Source: an uncultured Fibrobacterota bacterium (GTDB taxonomy: Bacteria > Fibrobacterota > Chitinivibrionia > Chitinivibrionales > FEN-1185). From it: a stretch of DNA of 64,000 nucleotides. The position numbers and the translations under genes are program-made. Under the pieces are notes generated by a model. The model was given only the letters and a program-made list of their open reading frames with translations, was not told the origin of the DNA and made no database searches. The DNA is taken from contig CAVSQB010000001.1 in the NCBI GenBank assembly GCA_963729895.1, forward strand, positions 1 to 64,000. Direction: 5' to 3'. Each line of letters opens with the position of its first letter. Positions within the stretch are counted from its first letter, which is position 1. Below, piece by piece: positions 46,654 through 56,655 of this stretch.

Positions 46654-47826
46654 GTGAAAATGGCGAAATGCAGGAAGGCGGGAGGCGGAAACCTGGTGGC
46701 AGGCGGCATCACCGCCATGCTCATCGTTGCCTGGTGCGCCAGCGGCGCGCCGGTCGACACGCTTGTTGTTTCCGGATTCGTCACGACTGAGGGAAGCGCT
46801 GTCGTCGTGCGAAATGCCCTCGTGGTTGTCACCCTCGGAGGAACAGCGGGGATTGCGGGAACGGATTCCGCACGCACCGATGCGCTGGGACGGTATAGTA
46901 TCGTTGCCACAACAGTTGCGGACAAGGCAAATATCTCCGTGAGTGCGCAGGGATTTCAGGGGGCCGAAAATACCGTTGAAATTCCCCAGCCGGCAGGAGG
47001 CGTTCCCGACACCATACGAGTCGATTTCGCGTTGCGGCCCTCCGTTGCCGCACCAAACGACACCATCACGATAAGCGGCGTTGTGGCGGTCGCGGCTACA
47101 CACCAACCTCTTGTCAAGGCTGCGATCATCGCTCAGGGATTTGCGGGCGTAGGAGGCGCGACCATAAGCGATACGATATGGAGCGATTCAACGGGCCGGT
47201 TTAGGGCGCTGCTGTCGACCGCGAATTACTACTACGCGTCGCTGACGGTTGAGAAAGACGGATACAGGTCGCTCAACCGCGAGTTGCCAACGGGCAGCCG
47301 CAACATCCAGCTCGACACGCTGCTCCTTGTCAAATTGGAGGCGGGCGACACCGTTACCTATGTGGTGAGCGGGACCGTGTCGGACTCGCTGGGGGCCGGG
47401 ATCGGCGGAGCCATCGTGCAGGTTCGCATAAGCAACGGGGCCACACTTCTCTATGAGGGAAACGACACGACTTCACACCTGGGCGGCTACTACAGCATAA
47501 GCACGAAACAGCGCTACGCTCCCGGCATGCTTGCAATCGAGGTCCATGTGGAAAAACAGAAGTATTTTTCGAAAGATACCGTGCAGATGCTGCCGTCGAG
47601 CACCGAAATCGCCGTGATAAATGCAGTGCTGTTTACAACGACATTGTCGGTGCTGAACCAGCCTCGGCTCACTGCGCCGAGGTCGGTCTCGCCTGCAAAG
47701 ATATATTCGGTTGACGGAAGGCTCGTTGGGCCCGCGTCCGCAGGCTCGCGGCAGATACTTGCCGGTAAGGTGCTGCTATACAAGAGGGAAGGAGTTTCCG
47801 CACAGGAAGTGGTTCAAATGCGATAG
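46654..47826 (+). CDS. Secreted protein with three carboxypeptidase-regulatory-like repeats and C-terminal sorting-like tail
   Basis: Repeated T..VSG.V...A.V...TD..G.Y/F units; tail KIYSVDGRLV. Confidence 0.7.
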   Translation: MKMAKCRKAGGGNLVAGGITAMLIVAWCASGAPVDTLVVSGFVTTEGSAVVVRNALVVVTLGGTAGIAGTDSARTDALGRYSIVATTVADKANISVSAQGFQGAENTVEIPQPAGGVPDTIRVDFALRPSVAAPNDTITISGVVAVAATHQPLVKAAIIAQGFAGVGGATISDTIWSDSTGRFRALLSTANYYYASLTVEKDGYRSLNRELPTGSRNIQLDTLLLVKLEAGDTVTYVVSGTVSDSLGAGIGGAIVQVRISNGATLLYEGNDTTSHLGGYYSISTKQRYAPGMLAIEVHVEKQKYFSKDTVQMLPSSTEIAVINAVLFTTTLSVLNQPRLTAPRSVSPAKIYSVDGRLVGPASAGSRQILAGKVLLYKREGVSAQEVVQMR

Positions 47827-47846
47827 TACGATAGGCCGGTATCTCT

Positions 47847-48446
47847 CTACCGGGAACAGCGTATACGCGAAAGCCGGGCCGAGGCCCACGGCCTCACCGG
47901 CTTTTTTCGTTTGGAAAGATGGTTACACAGCAGCCGGTATTCCTCCCGGTGGGGGGCGAAGGCAGGGTCGCCCCGGCGAGCAAGCCTTTTTAGCCCGGTG
48001 ATCGGCAGGAACATTACCCCTGCAACTTCGGCGCGCTGCAGGGCGAGCGCCCCGATGCACAGGACCTTACGCATGACGAAAACCTCGCTGAACTCGTTGT
48101 CGACAAACGTTCCGTTGTGCTGCACGGATGCCGTTCTCACCGTGCACAGGCGGTGAAGTTCACGTTCTGCAGCCTTCACTCCGAGTTCTTGGAAGGTTTC
48201 CCTTTGCGCCGCCACGATCGTTGACTCGCCGGCAGACACGTGCCCGGCGGCGGACACATCCCACATTCCCGGGAACGAGTCCTTGGCGGGGGAGCGTTTC
48301 TGGAAGAGAATTTCACCGTTCTTGTTGACAATCCAGACATGGACTGTTGTGTGCCAGTCGCCGTCACGATGAACCGCGGCACGCGATTTTGCGACCTCGA
48401 GCGGCCTGGCGGAACCATCCACGACATCAAGCCGTTCTTCGGCCAC
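47847..48446 (-). CDS. NUDIX hydrolase (type I IPP-isomerase-like family)
   Basis: VHRDGDWH..VHVWI...QKRS..KDSFPGMWDVSAAGHVSAGE...RE..QELG. Confidence 0.82.
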   Translation of the reverse strand: MAEERLDVVDGSARPLEVAKSRAAVHRDGDWHTTVHVWIVNKNGEILFQKRSPAKDSFPGMWDVSAAGHVSAGESTIVAAQRETFQELGVKAAERELHRLCTVRTASVQHNGTFVDNEFSEVFVMRKVLCIGALALQRAEVAGVMFLPITGLKRLARRGDPAFAPHREEYRLLCNHLSKRKKPVRPWASARLSRIRCSR

Positions 48447-49219
48447 TATGGAACCGGTTTGTTTGAAATGAGGATAAGAGCGGGAGCGTCCCCTTCGCCG
48501 GCGTACGGAAGAGCAATGGACGCCGCAGGATAAGCAACGTTGTTGAGAAGGACGGAACCGTCCTTGACATCGGAAATCGATTCCACTTTTTCCATTCCGA
48601 TCACCGTCTTTCCCTGCTTGACGAGAAGTGAATACCCCGGCCAGACCGCAAGCCTCGACAGGAAGTCTTTCCCTACCGTCAATCCACCGCAGGCGAAGAA
48701 CACGGCGGTGTCGAGAATCGTGAATCTGGCCTTTGCCTGCAACGTGAGCACCGACTCACCCTTCACGTTATCCATGATGAATGCGGGAGTTGCACCCAGG
48801 CTTCGCGCCGCAGAAAATATGGTCCCGGTATTTGCGGGAAAGTGTCCGCAGGAAAGAATGACATATTGGGAATCGGTAATCGAAAGGATTGAGAATGCCA
48901 TGGGCGCCAGGTACCGCGGTGCGATTTCCGTGACTTCGGGAGCGGATTTGTCGTTGTCGACAAGCAGCTTCATGGAGAATTCCCTGTCTGCGGCCACCAC
49001 AGCGGCAAAGCCCCCGACCTGGCGAAGAACCATGTCCATCTGGTTGGAAAGCTGCCGTTCAACGGCTTCCCTGACAACAGATAGTTCCGCGGAAGAGGCA
49101 TCGGCCGGTTTTTGCCTCGGCTGGCATCGGGAGAACAGCGCCAGAGCCGAGGCAAGCAGACACACGGAGAGCAGGCCTGCGGTGCGCCATTGTACGGGAA
49201 GGTTCGGTTGTTCGACCAT
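48446..49219 (-). CDS. Hypothetical exported/membrane-anchored protein
   Basis: N-terminal hydrophobic segment; tight coupling between adk and the NUDIX gene. Confidence 0.65.
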   Translation of the reverse strand: MVEQPNLPVQWRTAGLLSVCLLASALALFSRCQPRQKPADASSAELSVVREAVERQLSNQMDMVLRQVGGFAAVVAADREFSMKLLVDNDKSAPEVTEIAPRYLAPMAFSILSITDSQYVILSCGHFPANTGTIFSAARSLGATPAFIMDNVKGESVLTLQAKARFTILDTAVFFACGGLTVGKDFLSRLAVWPGYSLLVKQGKTVIGMEKVESISDVKDGSVLLNNVAYPAASIALPYAGEGDAPALILISNKPVP

Positions 49220-49221
49220 GG

Positions 49222-49794
49222 CTAAGTGAAGACCTTCCGAATCCTGTTGAAAACGTCGTCAATGGATCCGGTGCCTTCGATGTCCCGAACGATCCCCCGG
49301 GGACGGTAATAGTTGATACAGGGCTCGCTCTGGTTTTTGTAGGTATCGATCCGGTTCTGGATAACCTTGGGGTCCGCATCGTCCGCCCGGCCTTCTATGG
49401 TGGCGCGCTTGAGCAGCCGGGCGCGAACCTCTTCGTCTGCGACCGCAATATTGATTACGTGGTCAAGGTGCGCGCTGAGTTCGGAGAGAATGGCGTCCAG
49501 CGCCTTTGCCTGCGGCACGCTACGCGGAAACCCGTCGAGCAGGAAACCGGCCTTCATGTCTTTCTGGGCCAGCCTGTCCTTTACCATTGCGATGGTCACT
49601 TCGTCCGGCACGAGCTTGCCTTTGTCGGAATAGCTCTTGGCGGTCTTGCCGAGCTCGGTGTTGTTCTTGATGTGATAACGGAACATGTCGCCTGTTGACA
49701 CATGAGGGAGCACCAGCAGTTCGACCAGCTTTTTGGCCTGGGTGCCTTTTCCGGCCCCGGGCGGGCCAAAAAGAATGATGTTTTTTCCGGCCAT
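49222..49794 (-). CDS. adk: Adenylate kinase (short, no LID zinc domain)
   Basis: GPPGAGKGTQA, HVSTGDMFR, LVPDE, LDGFPR, GRADD. Confidence 0.96.
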   Translation of the reverse strand: MAGKNIILFGPPGAGKGTQAKKLVELLVLPHVSTGDMFRYHIKNNTELGKTAKSYSDKGKLVPDEVTIAMVKDRLAQKDMKAGFLLDGFPRSVPQAKALDAILSELSAHLDHVINIAVADEEVRARLLKRATIEGRADDADPKVIQNRIDTYKNQSEPCINYYRPRGIVRDIEGTGSIDDVFNRIRKVFT

Positions 49795-49909
49795 GGTGAG
49801 AAGCCTTTCCAGAAGGGTTCGGGTGAACGGTAGTGTGGAGACAGGTAAAATACCTTTGGGGTGAAAATATTCAAAAAATCTTTATTGTTTCTGCAAGGCG
49901 GAAGGATCG

Positions 49910-51241
49910 TCAAAACCACCCGGAAACGAAGGGAACCACGACACATCCCACAAGCATCAAGAGGCAAAATCTTGTGTGGAGCTTGATGACCTGCAACGGA
50001 AGGATACTGTGCGCCGCCCGTTCGCTCAACTCCGCTAAATCCTTGGCGCCCCGTCCAAGCCGCAGGGCGATTGAAATCGCCCATGGCGCCGATAGAATTA
50101 CAATCAAGGCGGGGGCAAAACGGGTGTCAACGCACACTGCGCATCCGACAAGCAAATAGGGCAGACCAATAATGGCCGTAAACAACACAAGGGCGCGTTG
50201 CCACCCTATTCGGACCGGCATGGTGGTTATGCCGGCCGCTTGATCGAAAAAAGCGTCACGGATGTTGTTTCCGTACGATACGGCGGAAACAAGCAACCCG
50301 ATCGCGATTGACATGAGAATAACCGGAACCGCCAGTGTGCGCTCCTGGACATAGTACGCTCCGCACACCATGAGCGGCCCCATGAGAAAACCGGTTGACG
50401 CCTCTCCGAGGCCGATGTATTTGAGCCCCCGCGGACCGCCGGTATAGAAAAAACCGCCCAGAATGCCCGCAATTCCGAAAACCAAAATGGGCCATCCGAC
50501 CGCCGAAACGAGAAACCCGCCGATAACTGCGGTGATCAGGACGCAGGCGGCCGCGGCCAGAAGTATCCGGGCCGGTTCCGCGAGTTCGTCAACCAGCGCT
50601 CCGGTGTGGGAAGACAGGGCGTTGGTGGTGTCCACGCCTTTGACATAATCGGAATAATCGCTGAACAGGTTTGTCGCGGCGTGGGCGGCAACGCCGCCGA
50701 CCAGGGCGCACGCGAAAAGCAGCCAGTCCACGTGACCATTGACAAGGGAACAACTCGTTCCGATGAGAACCGGAAATATCGATAGCGGAAAAGATATGCC
50801 GCGGGCCGCACGAAACCAGAAATGGAGCCCCTTGCTCGCAGGGGCGTTCTGCTGCCGGTTTTGCCAGGCATTCCGCCTGCGCTCGATCACAAAGTCGGCG
50901 CTACCTGAATCGAAGGGCATGCCGATCAAAATGCGATAGGGCTCAAGCCGGACCCTCCTGGCGTCACCCTTCACAAAATGAGCAATGCCGTCACCGCGAA
51001 TCTCAGGCGCGCCTTTGGCGGGCCCGATGGAAAACGAAACCCGCGGATGTTTGTCCGGAGCAATAACCGGAAAAGACGCAGGGAGTTCCATGAGCAAGGA
51101 ATCTTCACAAATGACGCAGGGAACAACGGCTGTCCACGGCCTTGGAGCAGGCAGCGATACGGCGACGGCGCCCTGTGAATGAGCGGCTTTCCGGAAGATG
51201 TCCAGAATGTCCAGTGGTTCCACGATCCCGCCCTCTTTCAT
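49910..51241 (-). CDS. MenA/UBIAD1-like UbiA-superfamily prenyltransferase with an extra N-terminal soluble domain
   Basis: NLFSDYSDYVKGVD, FYTGGP..LKYIGLGE, NNIRD...D..AG..T.PVRIG; about 140 extra N-terminal residues; ATGA overlap with the upstream radical SAM gene. Confidence 0.85.
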   Translation of the reverse strand: MKEGGIVEPLDILDIFRKAAHSQGAVAVSLPAPRPWTAVVPCVICEDSLLMELPASFPVIAPDKHPRVSFSIGPAKGAPEIRGDGIAHFVKGDARRVRLEPYRILIGMPFDSGSADFVIERRRNAWQNRQQNAPASKGLHFWFRAARGISFPLSIFPVLIGTSCSLVNGHVDWLLFACALVGGVAAHAATNLFSDYSDYVKGVDTTNALSSHTGALVDELAEPARILLAAAACVLITAVIGGFLVSAVGWPILVFGIAGILGGFFYTGGPRGLKYIGLGEASTGFLMGPLMVCGAYYVQERTLAVPVILMSIAIGLLVSAVSYGNNIRDAFFDQAAGITTMPVRIGWQRALVLFTAIIGLPYLLVGCAVCVDTRFAPALIVILSAPWAISIALRLGRGAKDLAELSERAAHSILPLQVIKLHTRFCLLMLVGCVVVPFVSGWF

Positions 51242-52176
51242 CCGTAAATCGACAGCGCCTGAAGCACGGCCGACGGCTTCACGTGCGCCATGGCCGCCAT
51301 TTCGGCAATGATGCCGTACCCGCACTGTTCGCACAGGCCGGGCTGCTCTCTCCCCCAGCAGCACTCGAACATTCGTCCCCGCTCCACCAGCCGAATCATG
51401 CGAATTGGGCGTTCGTATTCTCCCGTACCGAGGTTCTTGAGACCGGCCCGGGAGTTCAGGATGCAATGGCCGGATTTCTTGAGAGCCAGTATTCTTGACG
51501 CCAGCTCCCGGCGTTGTGCGCGCGGTAAATGCAACTCCTCGACCCCCTGATACGGCGTATGGAAGTTTATGGACATTCCCCTAAACCCGGGGATGTTTTC
51601 CACGGCGCGCACCGTCTCCTCGAGGAATAAAGCGTTTACGCTGTTCAGCGTGATGTTGGCATACAACCTGGGGTGCGAACTGGCGGAAACGTTGTTCCTG
51701 AGTTTTGCGAACGTGCCCTCTCCCCGGATCGAGTCGTGCATTGCTTCCGGTCCGTCAACGCTCACCCATATCGCGTCGGCATCCAGGTCGATCGGCAGTG
51801 TTCCGTTTGTAACCGCCGCAATGCGCGCAAATCCGCGTTTGCGCGCCGCGGCAATCACGTCGTTCGGACCGTTGCCTTTGTCTTCCCAGGTCAATATTTC
51901 GCCGCCCTGCAAGTATAAGAACCGCGCGCCTGCGGCGTAGAGATCGTCAATCCAGCCGCAGATCCGTTCGAACGAATGGTGGCCAATTCTTCCGTTCTTG
52001 ACGACGCAGTGACGGCAGGAAAGATTGCAGGAATCGGTGAGCGGAACGCCCGCAACGATGGGCCGGCGCTTTCCCAACAGGAACCAGTCGATTCCGAACC
52101 GCACAAGCCCGAGTTTTTGTCCTATGGTCAGGCCGGAGGAATACCGCCCCTCAGATGGGAATGCCCCGACTGCCAT
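51238..52176 (-). CDS. Radical SAM protein with C-terminal Cys cluster
   Basis: CNLSCRHC, GGE, VTNGT, VSVDG...HDSIRG; C-terminal CC...CxxC. Confidence 0.9.
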   Translation of the reverse strand: MAVGAFPSEGRYSSGLTIGQKLGLVRFGIDWFLLGKRRPIVAGVPLTDSCNLSCRHCVVKNGRIGHHSFERICGWIDDLYAAGARFLYLQGGEILTWEDKGNGPNDVIAAARKRGFARIAAVTNGTLPIDLDADAIWVSVDGPEAMHDSIRGEGTFAKLRNNVSASSHPRLYANITLNSVNALFLEETVRAVENIPGFRGMSINFHTPYQGVEELHLPRAQRRELASRILALKKSGHCILNSRAGLKNLGTGEYERPIRMIRLVERGRMFECCWGREQPGLCEQCGYGIIAEMAAMAHVKPSAVLQALSIYG

Positions 52177-52278
52177 GAAGTGCTCCTCCGGTTGTTATTC
52201 ATCGACGAAGAGCGTTTTGATCCCTGAAGTTCCTGAGCAATCCCGTTGAACGGACCGCCGCGATCGGCGCACCGTCGA

Positions 52279-53271
52279 TCACCGCCCGGGGGTCCCGTTA
52301 TCCGGAAAATATTCCACCCTGATCTTCTTATACTCTCTTACCGTTGGAAGCTCACGATAATCGGCCACCGCGGATTCCCGGGAGATTGCGCGGACGACTT
52401 TTCTGCATTCGGCAAGGGTATGTCCATGAATCATCGTGTAAACTGAATACGGCCAGCGGGGAAAGATGGGCCGTTCGTAGCAATGGCTCACGTTCCTGCT
52501 CGACGCGGCGATCCTGCCTAACATGCGGACTTGGTTCTTTTCCGGCGCCCAAACGGTGAGGACATTGGCGGGAAATCCAGCGTTGACAGGGCGCAGAACA
52601 GATGCGACACGGCGGATGGCTCCGGCCGCGATATAGCGCATCAGCTCCCGGACCACTTGCCTTTCTGTCAAGCCAAGGGCCTTGGCTGCGGGACCAAAGG
52701 GACGAGACAAAAGCGGCAGGTCTTTCTGAAGCTCGCGGACAAAGCTCCGGTTCACTGCAAAGCGGCGTGAGGATGCACGGGACGGCTTGCGCGCCGCGGC
52801 AACCCGGCCGTTTCCACCCATGTCAAGCTGAAAACCGATCTTGAATTTTCGAATGGTTGGTAGAAAAAGCCATTCCCGTATCCCCGCGCGCCGTGCTAGG
52901 GCGGCCGCTTCCTTCTTGAGGTCCCTTTCCGAAGGTAGGGTCAGAGTGAACCAGAGATTGAAATCGTTTGCCCTCGCATAATTGTGGCTGACGCCCGGGT
53001 GCGCGTTCACCCGAAGGGCAACCGCGCTGAGCCGGCGCGGGGGAACCTTGAACGCCACCAGAACGCCGTGATACCCTATTCGTGACGAATCGAATATCGC
53101 TCCGATCTGGCGAACGATCTTTTTTCGTTTGAGCCCGGCAATCCGTTCCAGAACTTCTTTTTCCGGGATTCCGACGGCGCCGGCAATCGACAAAAAGGGC
53201 CGTGTGGCAACAGGAAAATCAAACTGCAGCGCGTTGAGAATGCTTTTATCAATTGAATCCATTACAGACAT
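52279..53271 (-). CDS. ahbAB: Fused siroheme decarboxylase AhbA/AhbB (NirDL-like)
   Basis: Two tandem Lrp/AsnC-like units: LQFDFP...GVSHNYAR...NLWFT and LQKDLPL...VSHCYER...YSVYTMIHG. Confidence 0.88.
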   Translation of the reverse strand: MSVMDSIDKSILNALQFDFPVATRPFLSIAGAVGIPEKEVLERIAGLKRKKIVRQIGAIFDSSRIGYHGVLVAFKVPPRRLSAVALRVNAHPGVSHNYARANDFNLWFTLTLPSERDLKKEAAALARRAGIREWLFLPTIRKFKIGFQLDMGGNGRVAAARKPSRASSRRFAVNRSFVRELQKDLPLLSRPFGPAAKALGLTERQVVRELMRYIAAGAIRRVASVLRPVNAGFPANVLTVWAPEKNQVRMLGRIAASSRNVSHCYERPIFPRWPYSVYTMIHGHTLAECRKVVRAISRESAVADYRELPTVREYKKIRVEYFPDNGTPGR

Positions 53272-54557
53272 TTCTTAAGGGACGCGCCGCACGCTTCGAT
53301 GGCGGCGTCTACGTCGGCGTCGGAATGCGCGGCAGACACAAATACGGCCTCAAATTGAGACGGAGCAAGGTACACGCCCCGCTTCATGCATGCCTGGAAG
53401 AACCGGGCATGGCGCTTCGTGTCCGCAGTTTTCGCTGTTGTCCAGGAAACGACGCTTTTTTCCTCCGTAAAGAACATCGTCATCATCGATCCGACTCTGT
53501 TGAGCACGGCCGGAATTCCACATTCTTGACATTCAGAAACAATGCCGCGCGCAAGGCGTTCGGCGCGCCGCTCCAACGCGGCGTAAAAATCGGGGTCGTC
53601 CCTTATGCAGGTGAGCGTCGCGAGGCCTGCCGCCATTGCAAGCGGGTTCCCGGACAACGTTCCGGCCTGGTAAATGCTTCCCAAAGGTGCAACCTGTTCC
53701 ATGATGTCCCGTCGTCCGCCGTAGGCGCCTACCGGCAGCCCGCCGCCGACGATCTTTCCAAGCGTCGTCAGGTCGGGCCTCACGCCGAACAGTTCTTGCG
53801 CCCCGCCGGCCGCGACGCGAAACCCGGTCATCACCTCGTCGAAAATAAGGAGGCTGCCGAAGTTGTCGGCTATGTCGCGCAGGCCTTGCAGAAAACCCGG
53901 GAGCGGCGCAACCACGCCCATGTTTCCGGCCACCGGTTCCACGATTATTGCCGCAATGGTGTCGCCGACCTTTTCAAACAGGACTTTAACAGAATCTAGA
54001 TTGTTGTACTCAGCAAGCAAAGTGTCCTGCGCGGTGCCCGGCGTGACGCCGGGATTGTCCGGTATGCCGAGCGTCGCGACACCCGAGCCTGCGGCGATGA
54101 GAAAACTGTCGCCGTGGCCATGATAGCACCCTGTAAACTTGACGATGCGGTTCCGCTTCGTGTATCCTCTCGCGACCCTCACGGCGCTCATGGTCGCCTC
54201 TGTCCCGGAATTGACCATCCGGATCAGTTCGACGGAAGGGACCAGGGCGGTGATTGCGCGGGCCAGTTCCGTTTCGAGAAGGGTGGGAGCGCCGAAACTC
54301 GTGCCCCGCGCAGCGGCCTTGCATAGTGCGTCAAGCACCGCCGGATGGGCATGGCCGAGAATCAGCGGTCCCCAGGAGCCGACAAAATCGATATATGAGT
54401 TGCCGTCGATGTCGGTGACTCTCGATCCTTTGCCGGATTCCAAGAACAATGGTTCTCCGCCGACGCTCGCAAAGGCCCTCACAGGCGAATTGACGCCGCC
54501 GGCGATGACTTTTTTGGCTTCTGCAAATGCCGCGGCGCTTTTTGCGGTATTATGCAC
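53262..54557 (-). CDS. hemL: Glutamate-1-semialdehyde 2,1-aminomutase
   Basis: [54 protein letters not shown]. Confidence 0.97.
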   Translation of the reverse strand: MHNTAKSAAAFAEAKKVIAGGVNSPVRAFASVGGEPLFLESGKGSRVTDIDGNSYIDFVGSWGPLILGHAHPAVLDALCKAAARGTSFGAPTLLETELARAITALVPSVELIRMVNSGTEATMSAVRVARGYTKRNRIVKFTGCYHGHGDSFLIAAGSGVATLGIPDNPGVTPGTAQDTLLAEYNNLDSVKVLFEKVGDTIAAIIVEPVAGNMGVVAPLPGFLQGLRDIADNFGSLLIFDEVMTGFRVAAGGAQELFGVRPDLTTLGKIVGGGLPVGAYGGRRDIMEQVAPLGSIYQAGTLSGNPLAMAAGLATLTCIRDDPDFYAALERRAERLARGIVSECQECGIPAVLNRVGSMMTMFFTEEKSVVSWTTAKTADTKRHARFFQACMKRGVYLAPSQFEAVFVSAAHSDADVDAAIEACGASLKKCL

Positions 54558-55641
54558 GGGTCTTCTCCAACAACGGTTCATACACGCAATACGGTTCCTC
54601 GGCCAGATAATCGCCCGTGGCCGCGTAGGCGCGCGCCCTGCACCCTCCGCACACTCTGCGATACTCGCACCTGCCGCAGCGCCCATGGTATTTGTCAATA
54701 TCGCGAATTTCGCGGAACAGCGGCGAGTTCTCCCACACCGATTTGAAGTCAAAATCGTTCTCGCGCAGGTTTCCCGCTGCAACGTCCAGAAACCCGCAGA
54801 TCTGCACGACGCCTACATGCGAGATAAACGCGAACCCTTGTCCGCCAAGGCATCCTTTTGTCATGGCGTCGAGGCCGTGCGTCTCGGGAGCAACCGTCCT
54901 GCCCGCTTTTCGCTCGTTCTGCCGCAGGATACGGTAGTAATGCGGGGCGCAGGTGGGCTTGAGGGACATTCCCGCGGTCGAGCGGTGATCATAGATCCAG
55001 GTGAGCACGCGTTCGTATTCTTCGGGCGCAATTTCCTGATCTGCAAGTTCCTTCCCGCGTCCGGTGGGGACGAGCAGAAACGGGTGGAACGACACGGCAC
55101 CCAGCCGGATGGCAAGGTCGAAAATCGCGGGCAGTTCATGGATATTCAGTTTTGTTACCGTTGTATTGATCTGGAATTCCAACCCGGTTTTCCGGGCCGC
55201 CCGGATTCCTTCCATGACGCTGTCGAAAGCGCCGTTGACACGCCGGAATGAGTCATGGCTTTGCGCCGTCGCGCCGTCGATGCTGAGGCTTATGCGCCGG
55301 ATCCCGGACGCTATAAGCTTGCGGCAAGTATCTTCCGTCAAGAGCTTCCCGCAAGGCGCTATCACCATGCGTAGTCCCAAAGACGTGCCGAATTCGGCGA
55401 TATGATAGACGTCGGGACGGAGCATCGGTTCACCGCCGGTGAGGATGATGATCGGATGAGAAAACCGCGCGATAGTAGTGAGCAGTTTTTCGCATTCGTC
55501 GGTTGACAGTTCGCCGGTGTAGGGGCCTTTTTCTGCAGCGGCCCGGCAATGCCGGCAGTTCAGATTGCAGGAACGAGTCACCTCCCAGGCGACAAGCCGC
55601 AATTTGTTTTTCGGGCGGGGATGAGCGGAAGCTGAGTTCAT
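54550..55641 (-). CDS. ahbD: Radical SAM heme b synthase AhbD
   Basis: [44 protein letters not shown] cysteines CG.C...CGGCRARA. Confidence 0.88.
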   Translation of the reverse strand: MNSASAHPRPKNKLRLVAWEVTRSCNLNCRHCRAAAEKGPYTGELSTDECEKLLTTIARFSHPIIILTGGEPMLRPDVYHIAEFGTSLGLRMVIAPCGKLLTEDTCRKLIASGIRRISLSIDGATAQSHDSFRRVNGAFDSVMEGIRAARKTGLEFQINTTVTKLNIHELPAIFDLAIRLGAVSFHPFLLVPTGRGKELADQEIAPEEYERVLTWIYDHRSTAGMSLKPTCAPHYYRILRQNERKAGRTVAPETHGLDAMTKGCLGGQGFAFISHVGVVQICGFLDVAAGNLRENDFDFKSVWENSPLFREIRDIDKYHGRCGRCEYRRVCGGCRARAYAATGDYLAEEPYCVYEPLLEKTRA

Positions 55642-56630
55642 TGGTGCAGGAATCCTTTGGCGATGAGGCGTGCGGCTTCGATTGCGTGATAGGTGACGAT
55701 GATGTCGGCGCCGGCGCGTCTCAGGGACACAAGTATTTCCATCATGACCTTATCGTGATCGATCCATCCGCGCTGCGATGCTGCCTTGACCATTGAATAC
55801 TCGCCGCTCACGTTGTACGCGGCCACGGGTACGTTGAACGTGTCTTTCACCCGCCTGATAATGTCGCAATAACTGAGGGCAGGTTTCACCATGACGATGT
55901 CGGCGCCCTCCTTAATGTCAAGAGCAACTTCCCGCATCGCCTCGTCGCCGTTTCTCGGGTCCATCTGGTAGCCGCGCCGGTCGCCGGACTTCGGCGCCGA
56001 ATCGGCAGCCTCCCGGAATGGGCCGTAGAACCCCGACGCGTATTTGGCCGCGTAGGCCATGATGGGCAATTCCGCGAACCCGGAGGCGTCGAGCCGCTCG
56101 CGGATGCGGCCGACCCTTCCGTCCATCATGTCGCTCGGCGCCACCATGTCGCACCCGGCGCGGGCGTGAGAAAGAGCCTGGCGCGCAAGGATGTCGATGG
56201 TCCGGTCGTTGTCGACGGAACCGTCATCGGCGAGCGGACCGCAGTGGCCGTGGGTGGTATATTCGCAGTTGCAGACATCGGTGACGATAAAAAGATCCGC
56301 GCACCGCTTCTTGATAAAGGGTATCGCCCGCTGGATTATTCCTGCGGGGGAACAGCCGGATCTTCCTTCCTCGTCCTTTTCCGACGGGAGTCCGAAGAGA
56401 ATCACGGCGTTTACCCCGGCGTCCTGCGCCATGCCGCATTCCTTTGCCGCCTCATCCATTGACATCTGAAATACGCCCGGCATGGAGGACACGGGCTTGC
56501 GGACTTTGGAACCGGGGCACACGAACAGGGGAAGGACGAGCTTGTCAGCGCTCACGGTTGTTTCCGCGATCATGGCGCGGATTGTGGAATTGCGCCTCAG
56601 CCGTCGCAGCCGAGTCTGGGGAAACTGCAT
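55638..56630 (-). CDS. hemB: Porphobilinogen synthase
   Basis: RLRRLR, DVCNCEYTTHGHCG, APSDMMDGR, FYGPFR, MVKPA, AYNVSGEY. Confidence 0.97.
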   Translation of the reverse strand: MQFPQTRLRRLRRNSTIRAMIAETTVSADKLVLPLFVCPGSKVRKPVSSMPGVFQMSMDEAAKECGMAQDAGVNAVILFGLPSEKDEEGRSGCSPAGIIQRAIPFIKKRCADLFIVTDVCNCEYTTHGHCGPLADDGSVDNDRTIDILARQALSHARAGCDMVAPSDMMDGRVGRIRERLDASGFAELPIMAYAAKYASGFYGPFREAADSAPKSGDRRGYQMDPRNGDEAMREVALDIKEGADIVMVKPALSYCDIIRRVKDTFNVPVAAYNVSGEYSMVKAASQRGWIDHDKVMMEILVSLRRAGADIIVTYHAIEAARLIAKGFLHQ

Positions 56631-56655
56631 GGTTACCTCCAAAGAAACATTGGTA

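Noticed and set aside
49910..51241. DGGGP synthase partner for the GGGPS
   Set aside because: The motifs (DYxDxxKGVD, YTGGP, GLGE, NNxRD) are MenA/UBIAD1-type, and the gene is about 8 kb from GGGPS in another operon.
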